A DNA stretch of 64,000 bases from Azolla caroliniana (GCA_043228905.1 JBHGNT010000006.1:6882001-6946000), one strand, 5' to 3'; counted from the first letter of the stretch, positions 1 through 13,008 are shown. Program-made: numbers and translations. The notes: generated by a model not told the origin, from the sequence alone.

Positions 1-271
1 GACGAAAGCCTCGCCCTAAGACAACATCCTTCCAACGTAATGTCCTTATGAGGGTAGCTAAGCCTCATATTTATACCTCTTCCTAGGCCCCTTGAATAGA
101 TATGCCTTTCTAAAAGACTCTCCATTCATTGGTTGTCAAGATCATAATAGTGCATGCAACCATCATTCCTTCTATCCAATCACATTAATCCCTTGCTAAT
201 ATTCGTGAACATACCCTTCGCTTATGTAAATATTAGTGACCTACCTTCACCAACGTTATGTGTACATAACA
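1..271 (-). mobile_element. Partial LTR-like sequence (5' end on minus strand), related to the element at 10666-10911
   Basis: Ends in ...tacataaca (TGTTATG on minus). Has a minus-strand TATAAATATGAG box followed by cctaggcccc, as in 10721-10752. Confidence 0.4.
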
Positions 272-279
272 ATTACGAA

Positions 280-657
280 TAAGTTTTTTAAACCCATTGT
301 ACAACAACTCAAAGGCCCTCTAACAATGCTATTCCAAGAAGGGTGGAGATTTGGTAAAATGCTTGATTCATGGAAAATTGGTCTTGTTAAACTTATACCA
401 AAAGTTGCATCTCTTATGTCTTTTGCTCAATGGACTGATATCATTAATGGGTGGGTTGTATAATATTTTTGCCAAAGTAATTGCAAATAGACTTCAAAAC
501 ATGTTGTTGTTTGTGGTCCATCCAATGCAATATGGGTTTATTAAGGGAAGGGATATCTTGCATAATATTTTGAATGTGCAAATAGCAGTGGATTATGCAA
601 AGGAATCCAAACAACAAATTGTAATGATACAACTAGATATCGAGGCATATGATCATG
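280..657 (+). mobile_element. Degenerate non-LTR (LINE) reverse transcriptase fragment
   Basis: Two frameshifted ORFs give LVKLIPK...ISLMGGLYNIFAKVIANRL...QYGFIKGRDILHNI...QLDIEAYDH, typical of the early LINE RT domains. Confidence 0.8.
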
Positions 658-2151
658 CTTCCCTTAAGCTAGCCCTCCCTAAATATCTCTACATTCTTAA
701 TCTCTCTCACTAACTTACCTTGACCTCTCTAAGCCTACCTAGTCTTTCAAACATCTTTTGGGTGGATGTTGGAGGTGGAGGAATAAAAGACTTGGTAATA
801 TATTTTTTGTGATCTTTTAATATTTTTCAATGGTTATTGATTAAGAATTTTGGTTGAAAGCTCGACAAGTCAACTATTGACTTAAGAACACATAATTTAA
901 TATTAAGAGGTACACATAGTTAGTACATGTCAAAGGTGGATTGTCACCTCTTGTTCATCGATGTTGTCCCCCAAAAGGGTGCACGTCTACCCAATTCCCA
1001 CCTACTATGTAACATGATGTAAACCGTAAGGTTATATGCTTTGACTATGTGATGCACGGATCCTCTTTGCATATTTTCCTCTGTTAAAGAAAAAAAATGC
1101 AATCTTTGTCCCCATCATTTGAAAAGTCTTTAGAATAGTGCAATGAGAAGTTTCAATGGAATGGGGCCAATGGTTTTTTTTTTACAAACATATGAAGAGT
1201 TTGAGAAAAGAACTCCAAAATGTTTTTGTTAACTCTGTCCCAAGAAATTATTTAGTAACTCCATCCCTTTTCCTCAATTTCTATTTAAAGTGATAATATG
1301 TTCAATCTTTCAAGGAACAAATGAAGCATTTAGGAACATTGCAAAAAACTAAAGAATACTTCACATTCACAGGTTGAGGAATTTTACATTCAATTCATCC
1401 TCAAATATCCAATTATATGCGCAACTTGAGAAATAATATTCCAAGGTAGTCTTAACCTAATAGTCATATAAAGATGGTGCCCCATTCGAGCTTCCTTCCT
1501 TTTTTTAATTTTTCCGACATGACAATACTTAAGTGTTGCATGACTACCTTCTTCTCACGATATGTATGAAAGGCCTTTGGAGAGACAAAGGGAGCATGTA
1601 AACTTCATATCCGATCGAGAGTTTGAGATGGTTGGAGACAAAGATGCCATAATTTGAGATGGGGCGTGTGGCGCGAATAATCAAGTCAAGGAATGAGGTG
1701 TTGAGGATAGACTCCTTTCGGAGACTCTGAGGTTGACAATTCAAATGCGCGCTCATGTAGAGCATGCGTGGTTTAGCTTAGGGGAGGAAGCCATACATAC
1801 ATAATAGATGATAAGGAGGAACAAGTCTAGGGTGTGAATGCCAGGATTTGAACCCATCACCTCTACTTCTCTCACAAGCTAACAAGCTTTTAAATTTTAA
1901 TAATATGTCCATTGCCCAAAACAGAAAAACGAATCTCATCAGAACAGAGAAAGAAAGGCTCCCATGGCGACACGGAGGAGGAGAAGCAGAAAAGCACATG
2001 AAAAGAGTGGACCGATTGTGGACTGGGAGTTCTCTCGAGGCTCCCTCGCGAGACAGGGGAAAAAGAAGATGGAAAGTGTCGGTGGAGTATTTTCTGGGAT
2101 CCCTCACCATGGGAAATGTGAGGTTTCCATGATGAAACAGAGGAAAACCAG

Positions 2152-5100
2152 ATGAAAAAGATGGACAGATTGTGGAAAGAGTATTTCAGGGATCCTTCTC
2201 CATGGATAGATAGACGTGTCATCAAGGTAGAGAGAGAGTGAGTGAGTGAGAGAGAGAGGGTTAATCTAATCCAGTCTAATTTGATGTAATCTAATCTGGT
2301 GCAGAGTAGGTTTACTTCGCCAGACTTCAGAGAGAGAAACACTTTAGAATGCTTATGGATTGATGGATCTTTCAATCCTTCTTGGGTCAATGAGGAGCTG
2401 AGTAACAAGAAGATCATTCTGTCAACTACTAGTCATGGTCAAGATGTAAGCAATGGAAACCATAAGGAAAACTTTGCTTTTGTGTCTTTACTCAAAGTCT
2501 GTGCTAAGAAAAAAGATCTTTGTGCTGGTACAAGAATACACGGTGAGATTATCAAGAAAGGCTTGCTTCAAAAGAGTCCATATTTGGCCACTGCTTTGAT
2601 CACTATGTATGTCAAATGTGGGATGCTTGAAAAAGCACAAAATGTGCTTAAAGAGCTTCCTTTTCAGAATATTGTTGCTTTTAATGCATTGTTTGCTGGC
2701 TATGTCCAACATGGTCAATGCCATGAAGCACTATGTTGTTTTGAAAAGATGCAAAAAGATGGTCTCTCCCCTGATTCAGTCACTTACATTTGCATCTTAA
2801 AGGCATGTGGGAGCTTAGGAGCCATAGACAAGGGCAAGAAAATTCACGATGAGATTGTGAATAGAGATATGTTGGAACATGATGTTGTGCTTGGCTCTTC
2901 TTTGGTGAATATGTATGTCAAGTGTGGTATGCTTCCCAAAGCACAAAAAGTGCTTGAACGACTTCCCATACGAAATGTGGTCTCATGGAATACACTTATT
3001 GCAGGATATGCCCAAGAGGGGCAATTTAGTGAAGCATTGAATTGCTTTGAACAGATGCAAAGTGAGGGGCTCTCTCCAGATGTGGTCACATTTATATGCA
3101 TTTTGAAGGTATGTGGAAGCACTGGAGCCATAAGTAAAGGTAGAGAAATTCATGGTGAGATTGTGAGTAGTGGTTTAATGGTGAAGGATATCATACTTGG
3201 TACTGCTTTGGTGGATATGTATGCAAAATGTGGCATACTTTCAAAAGCACATGAAGTGCTTAAAGAGCTCCCTGTTCGAGATGTGGTCTCTTGGTCAGCT
3301 CTTATTGCAGGGTATTCCCAGACGGGGCAAGGTCTTGAAGCTCTGAACTGTTTTGAAGATATGCAAAATGAGGGTTTCTCTCCAGATGTGGTTACATTCA
3401 TTTGCATCTTGAATGCTTGTAGCAGCACAGGAGCCATAGACAAGGGTAAAGCAATTCATCAACAAATTGTTGACAAAGGCTTTCTAGAGAAAGATATTGT
3501 GCTTGGCAATGCTTTAGTAGATATGTATGTCAAATGTGGTTTGCTTATAAAAGCAGAACAAGTGCTCAAAGAGCTTCCTTCTCGAGATGTGGTCTCGTGG
3601 TCAGCATTAATTTCAGGGTATGCTCAGCAAGGTCAAGGTCGCAAAGCATTGAACTGTTTTGAACAAATGCAACAAGAGCACGTGTCTCCAGATTTGGTCA
3701 CCTTCATTTGTGCCCTCACTGCTTGTAGCAGCATAGGGGCCATCGACAAAGGAAAAGAAATCCACAATGAGATTAAGGGTAGGGGCTTGTTGGGAAAAGA
3801 TGTTATGCTTGGAAATGCGTTGGTGGATATGTATGCCAAATGTGGATGGCTAGAAAAAGCACAAGAGGTGATTGAAGAGCTTCCTATCAGGGATGTTGTC
3901 TCATGGTCTGCATTAATTTCAGGGTGTGGCCAGCAGGGGCAATGTTGTAAAGCATTGGATTGTTATGAATGCATGCAAAATGAGGGTCTTTTTCCAGATA
4001 AAGTTACTTTTATTTGCATCTTGAAGGCATGTGGAAGCACTGGAGCTATAGACAAGGGCAAGCAAATTCATGAGAAGATTATGAGTACAAAATTGTTAGA
4101 GAAGGATATTGTGTTAGGAACCGCATTGGTGGATATGTATGCAAAATGTGGTTTGCTAACAAAAGCACAAGAGGTGCTCAAAGAGCTTCCATTTCGAGAT
4201 GTGATCCCTTGGAATGCATTAATCACAGGGTATGCCCAACAAGGGCAACTGCATCAAGCACTAAAATGCTTTCAATCGATGCAAGAGGAGGATCTCTCCC
4301 CAAATGTGGTTACCTTCATTTGCATCTTGAAGGCCTGTGCCAACACTGGTGCTATAGAAGACGGAGAACTTATTCACAATGAGATTTTGAGGATGGGCTT
4401 GTTAGAAAAGGAAATTATGCTTGGAAATGCTCTGGTAGATATGTATGCCAAATGTGGTTTCCTTGCGAAAGCAGAAAAGGTGCTTGAACAGCTTCACAGT
4501 CGAGATGTAGTTTCATGGAATGCACTCATTTCAGGGCATGCCCAACAAGGCCAATGTTATGAAGCATTGGACTGTTTTAAACGAATGCGAAGTGATGATG
4601 GCCTGTGTCCAGATGCAGTTACTTTCATTTGCATTTTGAAGGCCTGTGGCAATGCAGGGGCAATCGATAAGGGCAAACAAATTCATGAGGAGATTTTCAA
4701 TAAGGGCTTGCTTGGGAAGAACATTGTACTAAGCAACACTTTGGTCGATATGTATGCCAAATGCGGGGAGCTTGAATTAGCACAACAAGTTCTTGAAGGG
4801 CTTCCAATTCGAGATGTGGTCTCTTGGAATGCTCTAATTGCAGGGTATGCTGAAAAAGGGCATGGTTATGAAGCATTGAACTGTTTTAGAAAGATACAAA
4901 GTGACAACCTGGCTCCTGATGAGATTACATTTCTATGTGTTTTAAGTGCATGTAGCCATTCGGGATTATTGGAGGAGGCCCAAGTACTTTTCAGAGATAT
5001 GACCAAAACATATGGTATTATACCCAACCTAGAACATCATACTTGCATGGTGGTGGTTTATGGGTGTGCTGGGCAGTTTGAAAAGGCCATGGAAGTGATT

Positions 5101-5433
5101 AATGTGATGCCATCTTCTGATTATCCTACAGTTTGGATTGCACTACTAAGTGCTTGTCGAAAGTGGGGAAATGTGATGCTTGGCAGATTGGCATTTGATC
5201 AGGCAGTGCAATTGGATGATTATTGTGCCGTAGCTTATGTTCTGATGGCTAACATTTTTGCATCGAATGGCATGCATGGAGATGCAGAAAGGGTTGAAGC
5301 CTTGAGAATGAAATATGCTCCTTGGCCGGATGACAAAAGTAAGATCTGGGTTGGTTGTAATGAAAATATTCATTCATTTTCTAGTGAGTATATGTATGCA
5401 AAGGTAAAAGCCATTGCTTTTGAGATGTCATAG
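2152..5433 (+). CDS. PLS-class PPR protein (E/E+ type, no DYW) with N-terminal OSB-type PDF motif; exons 2152-2226 and 2305-5433, true start uncertain
   Basis: The 1044-aa ORF holds L,S + 7x(P,L,S) + P2,L2,S2 + E1 (VWIALLSACRKWG) + E2 (AYVLMANIFA) + partial E+, then stops at 5433 with no DYW. An upstream in-frame exon (MKKMDRLWKEYFRDPSPWIDRRVIK) joins through a phase-0 intron. Confidence 0.9.
2227..2304 (+). other. Predicted 78-nt spliceosomal intron
   Basis: AAG|GTAGAG donor, CTAAT branch-like motifs and GTGCAG| acceptor. It contains a GA microsatellite and an in-frame TGA. Removal restores a gapless PDF motif. Confidence 0.8.
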
Positions 5434-6099
5434 GGAGAATGTTCCTTCAAGAAAAGCATATAAGATGGGCAACAAATTTTTGTGGAATGCATACCAAGGC
5501 AAAAGGCACCAAACAAAACAGAAAGCTCTTCAGTGAAATCAAAGAAACAAAAAAAAGTGTTATCAATGAATGTCTAACCCATTATAGGTGTGAAGTTGAG
5601 GATTGAATGAGGGACTTGTTAAAATCATGAACTGTTCAAGACTGCATTATATGGCCAAACATTACATGGTTTCCTTACACTAAAGAAATGAGGGCCATTT
5701 ACCAAAGTTTGTGATAAGTTCATAAGAATGGAAGATAACCTATGTGATGCACGAACACCAACCTTAGTTCCCACCAATCTAGTGGAAAACTAGCCTTACC
5801 TCCACCACATGAGTTTCAAGCTAGGAAACATGAGAAACGTGTAGGTTAATCTATAAAAGGAAATGTTCATATTGGTACCACAGAGAGTGTGAATGGCCAC
5901 AACTAAATTGAAAACTCTCACAAAACTGAAAATGGTGTAAAATAGTAAATGGACGATTTTGACAACCTCTAGATGAAGAATGGCCTAAAACACATCTTCA
6001 TGCATTCCAAGAATCACCTTGGGTCGGCTTGAGGTGCCCACATTGAGGCTGAGGAGACATCTTTATATTAGCAAGACTTGTATCTCTATGTTGGTATTG

Positions 6100-6385
6100 T
6101 GTTAGGATTTTGTCCCTCCTAATGGGAGAAGTTGGCAGTCCAATTCTAGTCGGTCGGCCGGATCGACTGTATTGAGGGTCGACCAATGTGAAGAACTTTG
6201 GGATCAAAGAGTCGAACCGACCAATTAGCTGACTTGAGAAGAGATCAAAGATAGAGTTGACTAGTCGGACCAACAGGGTGGTCGAAGACAAGCCTGAATA
6301 GTCGGATCGACTAAATTGTCGATTTGTGGGTCGGACAATCGAATCGACTAGTCGGTCAATTAATTATTATTATTATAATATCTTA

Positions 6386-6416
<31 letters not shown>

Positions 6417-9400
6417 GGAGCTAGGGAAAGATTAATGTGTTTAAGATTATTATTGTGTGATTCAAGAGATACAGAAGGAAGACGAGAAAGAGCGTGTGTG
6501 AGTACGTGACGACATAGTTTTGTGAAACTTGCCCAAACCCTAGAAGGAATATTTTCTGAGATTTGAGTCGTGTCTCTAGAAAGCTAGAGAGCCTTGTAAT
6601 TTATCTTTGTAATCTTAACTCATAGTGAAATTTGTTTCCCTGTTTTAGGGTTTCCACATAAATCGTGTGGACTGTGTGCTTTAAGTTTCTGTTTTGTGTT
6701 TTTGAGTCTATCTTTCATGTTCATCTTCGGTCCCAAACCTAACAAACTGGTATCAAAGCTTGAGGTGCTAGATGAAAGGAGGTGTGAGTGGCTTTCTAGG
6801 AATGATAGTCCTGAACTCACATAACTACTCAGACTGGAAGATCAAGATGGAGGATCTTCTAATAGTCAAAGATCTTTATGAGGTTATAGACAGGAAAGAA
6901 TACCCACAAAGGTATTAGAGTCTGAATGGAAGGTCTTGAACAAAAAGACGGTGGCAACCATCAAACAGAGTGTAGATGTGAGTGTCCTTCAGCATGTGGC
7001 TAACGACACAAATGCCTACGACTTGTGGCATAAACTTTTAGGCTTGTATGAAAGGAAAAATGCCCTCAATAAAGCCTCTCTGATGAGAAAGATTGTAAGA
7101 AAAAAGTACAGAGATGGAGAAAGTATTGTGGTGCACATTAACACTTTCATGGGGTTAGTGAACCAACTTACAACAACAAAGTTTCCGTTACATGATGCAC
7201 TGCATGCCCTTCTACTACTATGTACTCTATCAGACAACTAGGAGAACTTAGTGGTGTCACTTAGTGCTTCATGCCAAGAAGAGAACCTGTCTTTACAAGT
7301 GGTAAAGAAGAGTATTCTGAACAAAGAGACAAGAAGAAAGGACAAGGGTGTCCTGACTCAATCAGAAGCGAATGTGGCACAAAACCCTAAAAGAGGTAGA
7401 AGCAAACATAGGAGTCCACAAAATAGAGACAAGTCCCATGCCAGGTCAAAGTCCAATGGAAGACTCACATGTTTCTAATGTGGGAAACCTGGACACTTCC
7501 AAAAGGCTTGTCAACATCTCAAGAAAGACAAAGGTGTCGCCAATGATGTCGAACCCAAGAAGATATCTGAGGAGAAAAGCACTTCAGCCAATGCTACTAC
7601 TGAAGAAGAGCTTTTATTCATTTGCGAGCAAGCGAGTGTAAACCTTGCAAATGAAGAGTGCGCTTGGGTGATTTACTCCGGTGCATCGTTCCATCTAACT
7701 CCCACAAGAGAATGTTTTTCGCCTTACACAAATAGTGACTATGGCTATGTAAAGATGGGAGAATGGAGCATGCAAGATCGCTGGTATTGGGAGTGTATGT
7801 TTGATAACATCAACCGGTTGTAAGTTAATATTATGGGATGTACGACATGTGTTAGATGTCAGACTAAATCTGAGATCAATTGGAAGATTGGACGATGAAG
7901 GCTACTATGGTAGTTTTCAAAATGGTATGTGGAAGTTTTGCAAGGGAAGTCTCATAGTAGCCCGAGCATGAAAATAGGGTACACTATATGTGATGCATGC
8001 CAAGTTGTGTAAAGATGAAACAAATATGGTAGTCGGATTAGATGGTGAGTTATGGCATAAGAGGCTTGGTCACATGAGTGAGAGAGGCATGCATATCCTG
8101 GCTGAAAAGAAACTTCTTCCAGAAGTAAATGGGGTGCATTTTGAAAAATGTGTGGACTGTCTAGTCGGAAAACAAAACAGAGCTGCATTTCACTCTAGGC
8201 CACCAAAGAGAAGAGATGTGCACTAGAATTGGTCCACACAGATGTATGCTACGTGGATGCTCAATCACAACATGGTGGACAATACTTTGTGACATTCATT
8301 GACTACTATAGCAAAAAGTTGTGGGATTTTGTGCTGAAATCTAAAGACCAAGTGCTAACGGTCTTAGTTTCAGGATAGAGCAGAAAGAGAGTCTAGAAAG
8401 AAGTTGAAGGTTGTCTAGAGACAACGGTGGCGAGTATGGAGGACAATTTGAGGATTATTGGAAGACCCTAGGCATACAACTCGAGTATATAGTGCCAAAG
8501 ACCCTTGAATTGAATGGTCTTGGAGAGACTCGAATGAATCAAATGATAATGGAAAGGGTGAGGAGCATGTTGTCACATGCAAAGCTTCCAAGGTCGATTG
8601 GGCTGAAGCTATGTTGACAGTTGTCTATCTTATAAACAAGTCTCCCTGTCGAATGGTGATGTCCCATAACGGGTGTGGACAGGTAAAAATGTGTCTTATC
8701 ATCACTTGAAGGTGTTCGGATGCTTGGGATATATGCATGTTGCAAAGGACCAAAGGTCAAAGCTAGACAACAAGTTAAAGCCATGCATATTTTTAGGGTG
8801 CTTTGAAGATGAATTCGGCTACAGGTTGTGGGATTTACTTGACAAGAAAGTGGTGAGTAGTCGAGACATTGTATTTATGGAAGACAAGATGATTGAAGAC
8901 TAGAAACAATAGAAGTCAGGATTGCCTTCCTAGTCAACCACAACCACAACCACTATGGACTTAGCACTAGCCAACTCTACACAATAAACTGTTAGGAGAC
9001 AACTAGTCAATACAACATAATCCGAATTGGTTGACTTGGAGCAACCGACTGATATATATGAGTCGGGGTCGGCCGGCCCACAGAAATTGACTGAAGCATA
9101 TGAGTCGGAGTTAGTCGACCTTCAGCAACCGATCGGCATGTATGAATCCAAGTCGAATGAAGAGTCGACATACACATCTTAACATGAGCTGACCATGGGA
9201 GGTAGAAGATATACACTCAAACAAAGGAAAGCGCTCTCTGAATACTCCAACCAATATGTTCTATTGACTTATGAGGATGAACTAGAATGTTATGAAAAAG
9301 TCACGGTAGATGAGCACAAGGAGAATTGGCAAAGTGCAATGCAAGATGAAATGGACTCCTTGCATGAAAATTATACTTGCAACTTGGTAGAACTACTAAA

Positions 9401-10205
9401 AGGTAAGAGAGCCCTGAGAAACAAATAGGTCTTCAAGCTAAAAAATGGGGAAGATGGTAGCTCACCCAGATACAAAGCCCGAATTGTAGTAAAGGGGTTT
9501 CAACAGAAGAAGGGGGTCGACTTTGATGAGATATTTGCACCAATCGTAAAGATGACATCCATTCGAACTATACTGAGTATAGCAACTAGTATGAATCTAG
9601 AAATAGAGCAATTGGATGTAAAATCAACATTCTTGCATGGGAAGCTTGATGAAGAAATCTATATGTAGCAACTTGAAGTTTTTGTGGAGAAAGGGAAAAA
9701 GAATATGGTATGTTGACTAAGGAAGAGCTTGTATGGTCTGAAGCAAGCTCCATGTCAATGGTATAAGAAGTTTGAATCCTTCATGTTGGAACATGGATTC
9801 CATTAAACACAAGCCGATCACTGTGTTTTTGTCAAAAAGTATAATGAAGGTGACTTCTTGATTCTCTTGGTTTATGTGGATGACATGTTAGTAGTCGGAC
9901 AAGATATTAAAAGGATTGCGAACTTAAAGAAAGCTCTAGGTAAATTGTTTGCCATGAAGGATCTTGGACCAGCTAAACAAATCTTGGGGATGCACATAGT
10001 CTGAGAAAAAACTAAGGATGTGCTATTGTTGTCACAAGAGAAGTATGTGACAAAAGTTTTGGAAAGATTTAACATGTTTGAAGCAAAACCAGTAGGGTTT
10101 GCACTGCCAACAAATTGCAAGCTAAATGCTAGACAATGTCCGAGAAGTGAGAAGGATAAGGCTGAGATGAGAAGTGTGCCATATGCCTCAACTGTTGGTA
10201 GTCAT
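6100..10205 (+). mobile_element. Ty1/copia element A, degenerate and 3'-truncated (5' LTR 6100-6744, PBS 6748-6759, gag-PR-IN-RT pseudogene)
   Basis: LTR tgttagg...cctaaca and PBS tggtatcaaagc (tRNA-iMet). Broken ORFs include WKIKMEDLL, a CCHC knuckle, LWHKRLGHMSE, DNGGEY and RT YVDDML. Confidence 0.9.
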
Positions 10206-11674
10206 ATGCGAATGCCTGATCGACTCGACTATGTGGAGACTGGGGATGACACCACTCATCCAATTTGGCATGTCGACAATGTTCTATTCGGGAAAGAAGG
10301 TAACAAAACATTCACTAAGAATGTCTTGCATGTTCTGATCATAACAAAAAAATTGGTCTTGGTCGGCCAAAACGCGGAGTAAGGTATGCAAGTTTGGTTC
10401 AACCACGAGGGTTGTTTCATCAAAAAGGAGGGCCGACTTATTGCGAGAGGGTGAAGAGAAGGTCAAATGTTCATCCTCTATTCAAACGAGGTAAAATCAA
10501 CCATGTATGCAAAGCAACTCAAGGTAGACACGGATATAGAATTGTGGCACAAGAGAATCGGCCACATCAATCTCCAAAAACTCAAGGGGATGCAGTCGAA
10601 AGGAGTCGTCATCAGACTCCCAACCTTAAGAGAGAAGGAGATTGAAGGAGTATGTGAAGCATGCTTGTTACATGCATGACCATAAATTATCCCATTGTAA
10701 GATTGTACCGTGGTATTCTATACTCATATTTATAGCCAGACCTAAGGCCCCCAGGCATGCTCACACTTGGCCTTAATGGGTTGTCTCAATTCCTAGGATT
10801 AAACTAATCCTGCCACCTTTACACTCTCGCTTAACCCTCACACTTTATCCACTTGTATGAATACTATAGTACAATCTTACCACGGGATAATTTATGGTCA
10901 TACTTGTAACAATGCCAATTCGGTAAACAATATCGACATTCATTTCAAAAGGAAAGAAATGTGAGCAAAGGTCTCTTAGATGTAATCCACTCCTATGTTT
11001 GGGGACTGGCACAAATGACAATATTCAATGGATGCCACTATTATGTCACCTTCGTTGACAACTACTCCAGGCACACTTAGATATTTCCAATGCGCCAAAA
11101 GAACGAATTGTTCTCACACTTCCAAAAATTCAAGAACGGAGTCAAAAAAGAAATGGGCCGACATGTTTGGTGGCTTCGGTCAGACGAAGGAAAAGAGTAA
11201 TTCTCCAAAACCTTCACAACATACCTTCGAAAAGAAGGAATCCGTCAAGAGTTCATGTGTCAGCACACACCGCAACAAAACAGAGTAGCCGAAAGGAAGA
11301 ATCAACATATACTTGAGGTAGCAAGGGCCATGGTGAATGAGAAGAATTTGCTAAAGTCATATTGGGCCGAAGCGGCATGTACAACCGTCTAGTTGATGAA
11401 CCGATGCGCAATATCTGGTGTACATGAAGTCACTCCGCCCGAGAAATACTTTGGAAGGAAGCCAAACCTATCTCACATTAAGATATTCAGCTCTATTGCA
11501 TTTGTGCACATTCTTGATAAGAAAAGGAAAAGGCTTGATCCAAAAGTGGAAAAATATTCCCCTGGGGTACTCGCTTGAGCAAAAAGGGTACAAGTGCTTC
11601 AACCCTTCTACTCGAAAGATTCGTGTGAGTCGAGACGTTGTATTTGACGAATGAGAATCATGGTACGATCCCGT
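10206..11674 (+). mobile_element. Fragment of a second copia family (PR / GAG-pre-integrase / integrase), degenerate
   Basis: LWHKRIGHINLQKL...CEACQFG, integrase core fragments and GYKCFNP...VSRDVVFDE. Interrupted by the 10666-10911 insertion. Confidence 0.8.
10666..10911. mobile_element. 246-bp insertion with ~53-bp terminal inverted repeats (MITE-like or solo LTR)
   Basis: TGTTACA...TGTAACA ends with long imperfect TIRs. Flanks are atgct/atgcc. It splits the copia CEAC|QFG motif. Confidence 0.8.
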
Positions 11675-13008
11675 TGTCGTGGAGAAAACCGTCCCTAGGA
11701 GGAATGAGTGGATAGTGTGCGTGAACCGGCCCTTACACACGGGCACATGTTTTGGTGTATTTACATAGTTAAGTACAAGTCGGCGATGTAGTTATCCTAT
11801 GTAGCATGAATTCGTTAGGTAGGGGATCGAAGAGGATCTCTGTTCGGAAGGACAGAGAATAAAAGTGATGTAACAGTTTGTAACGGCTCTCTCTCCTTGT
11901 GCTATAAAAGGAGGGGAAAGGGGGGTGAGTGGGGATCGCGCATTTAGAGGACGAAGTGCTGTCGGATTGGGAACCGAGCTCTCTCCTCCACTATCGCTGT
12001 TGTTTCTGCAGGAATTTTGGGTTAGGTTGGTTGCCTCTACTACGTGAAAGCCCATGTGCTTCCGGTAGAGGCTCCACTGCATATTTCAGTGCGTGTTTTC
12101 GCCTGTGTTGAGTCTGTCACCGGTTTGCCGGTTGTAACATTGCAAGCTCTGTAATCTATACTGTGATAGGAATTGATTCTTTCGTTTTTTTTTGTCTCTC
12201 TGTGTTTCTGCGAATCTCTCTCCCTTTTCTCTCTCACGCTCCTCGGTTCATGGCCCCCGCGGTCCCGCCTTATTTCATACGCGAGAGCGTAACAACACGA
12301 CATTAATTTGGTGAACCCGACGTGAAACAAGGCGGCAGAGGAATCGAAAATGAGGGGATCAGAGCTCGCCGAAGCCATGGTGGCAACAGTCGACCGGATA
12401 GTAACTGCTCGCGAGGGCACGAGCGCCCTCGATGGGGCCAGTGAAGCAATTGTCAGCACAATAGGCTGGTTCGATGGGAAGGACGCCACGAGTTATTTAG
12501 TGGCCTACCGGGCCGAAATGGTGATGAGGGACATCCCGGAGGAGAGGCGTCTGGTTGGGTTTCCCTGAGTAGCGACACCAGCCATCCACGTAGAGGTGCT
12601 CGAGGTGTAGGCTAGATGCCAGACCTGGGGGGAATTCGAAGCACGGCTCCTCGAGCGGTACGGCCTTGATGACACGCTTCGGTTATCGAAGCGGGAATTT
12701 ATGGATTCGGTAGAGACCCCAGGAAAGGGGAGGAATGCGTCGGCGCTCCTCCGGGAGTTCGAGGAACGCTTCACACGTCTTTCGGCACTAGACAGGACCG
12801 TACAGGACACGAGCCGTGTCCTTCTATTCGTCAAAGCTGTGGACGTCTGGGATAGGGAGAAAGTAGGTCTCCTACTGGAGACACACGATGGGCTGACGGC
12901 CAACTGGGCTGTGGTAAAAGGGGTCTGCAGCCATTACGACAAACGGCGTGAGTGGGTCCACAAGGGCTCGTCGGGGGCAGGAGCCGTTGCGGCAAGAAAC
13001 CTCGAGGG
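11675..13008 (+). mobile_element. tRNA-Trp-primed LTR element, divergent subfamily (LTR 11675-12302, PBS 12309-12326, interrupted gag-like ORF from 12350)
   Basis: LTR TGTCG...CGACA and PBS tggtgaacccgacgtgaa. The ORF (FDGKDATSYL, VLLFVKAVD, GLTANW) is homologous to 62201-63136. Confidence 0.85.

Noticed and set aside
5434-5800. DYW deaminase domain downstream of the PPR stop
   Set aside because: I saw no HxE...CxxC or DYW-like terminus after 5433.
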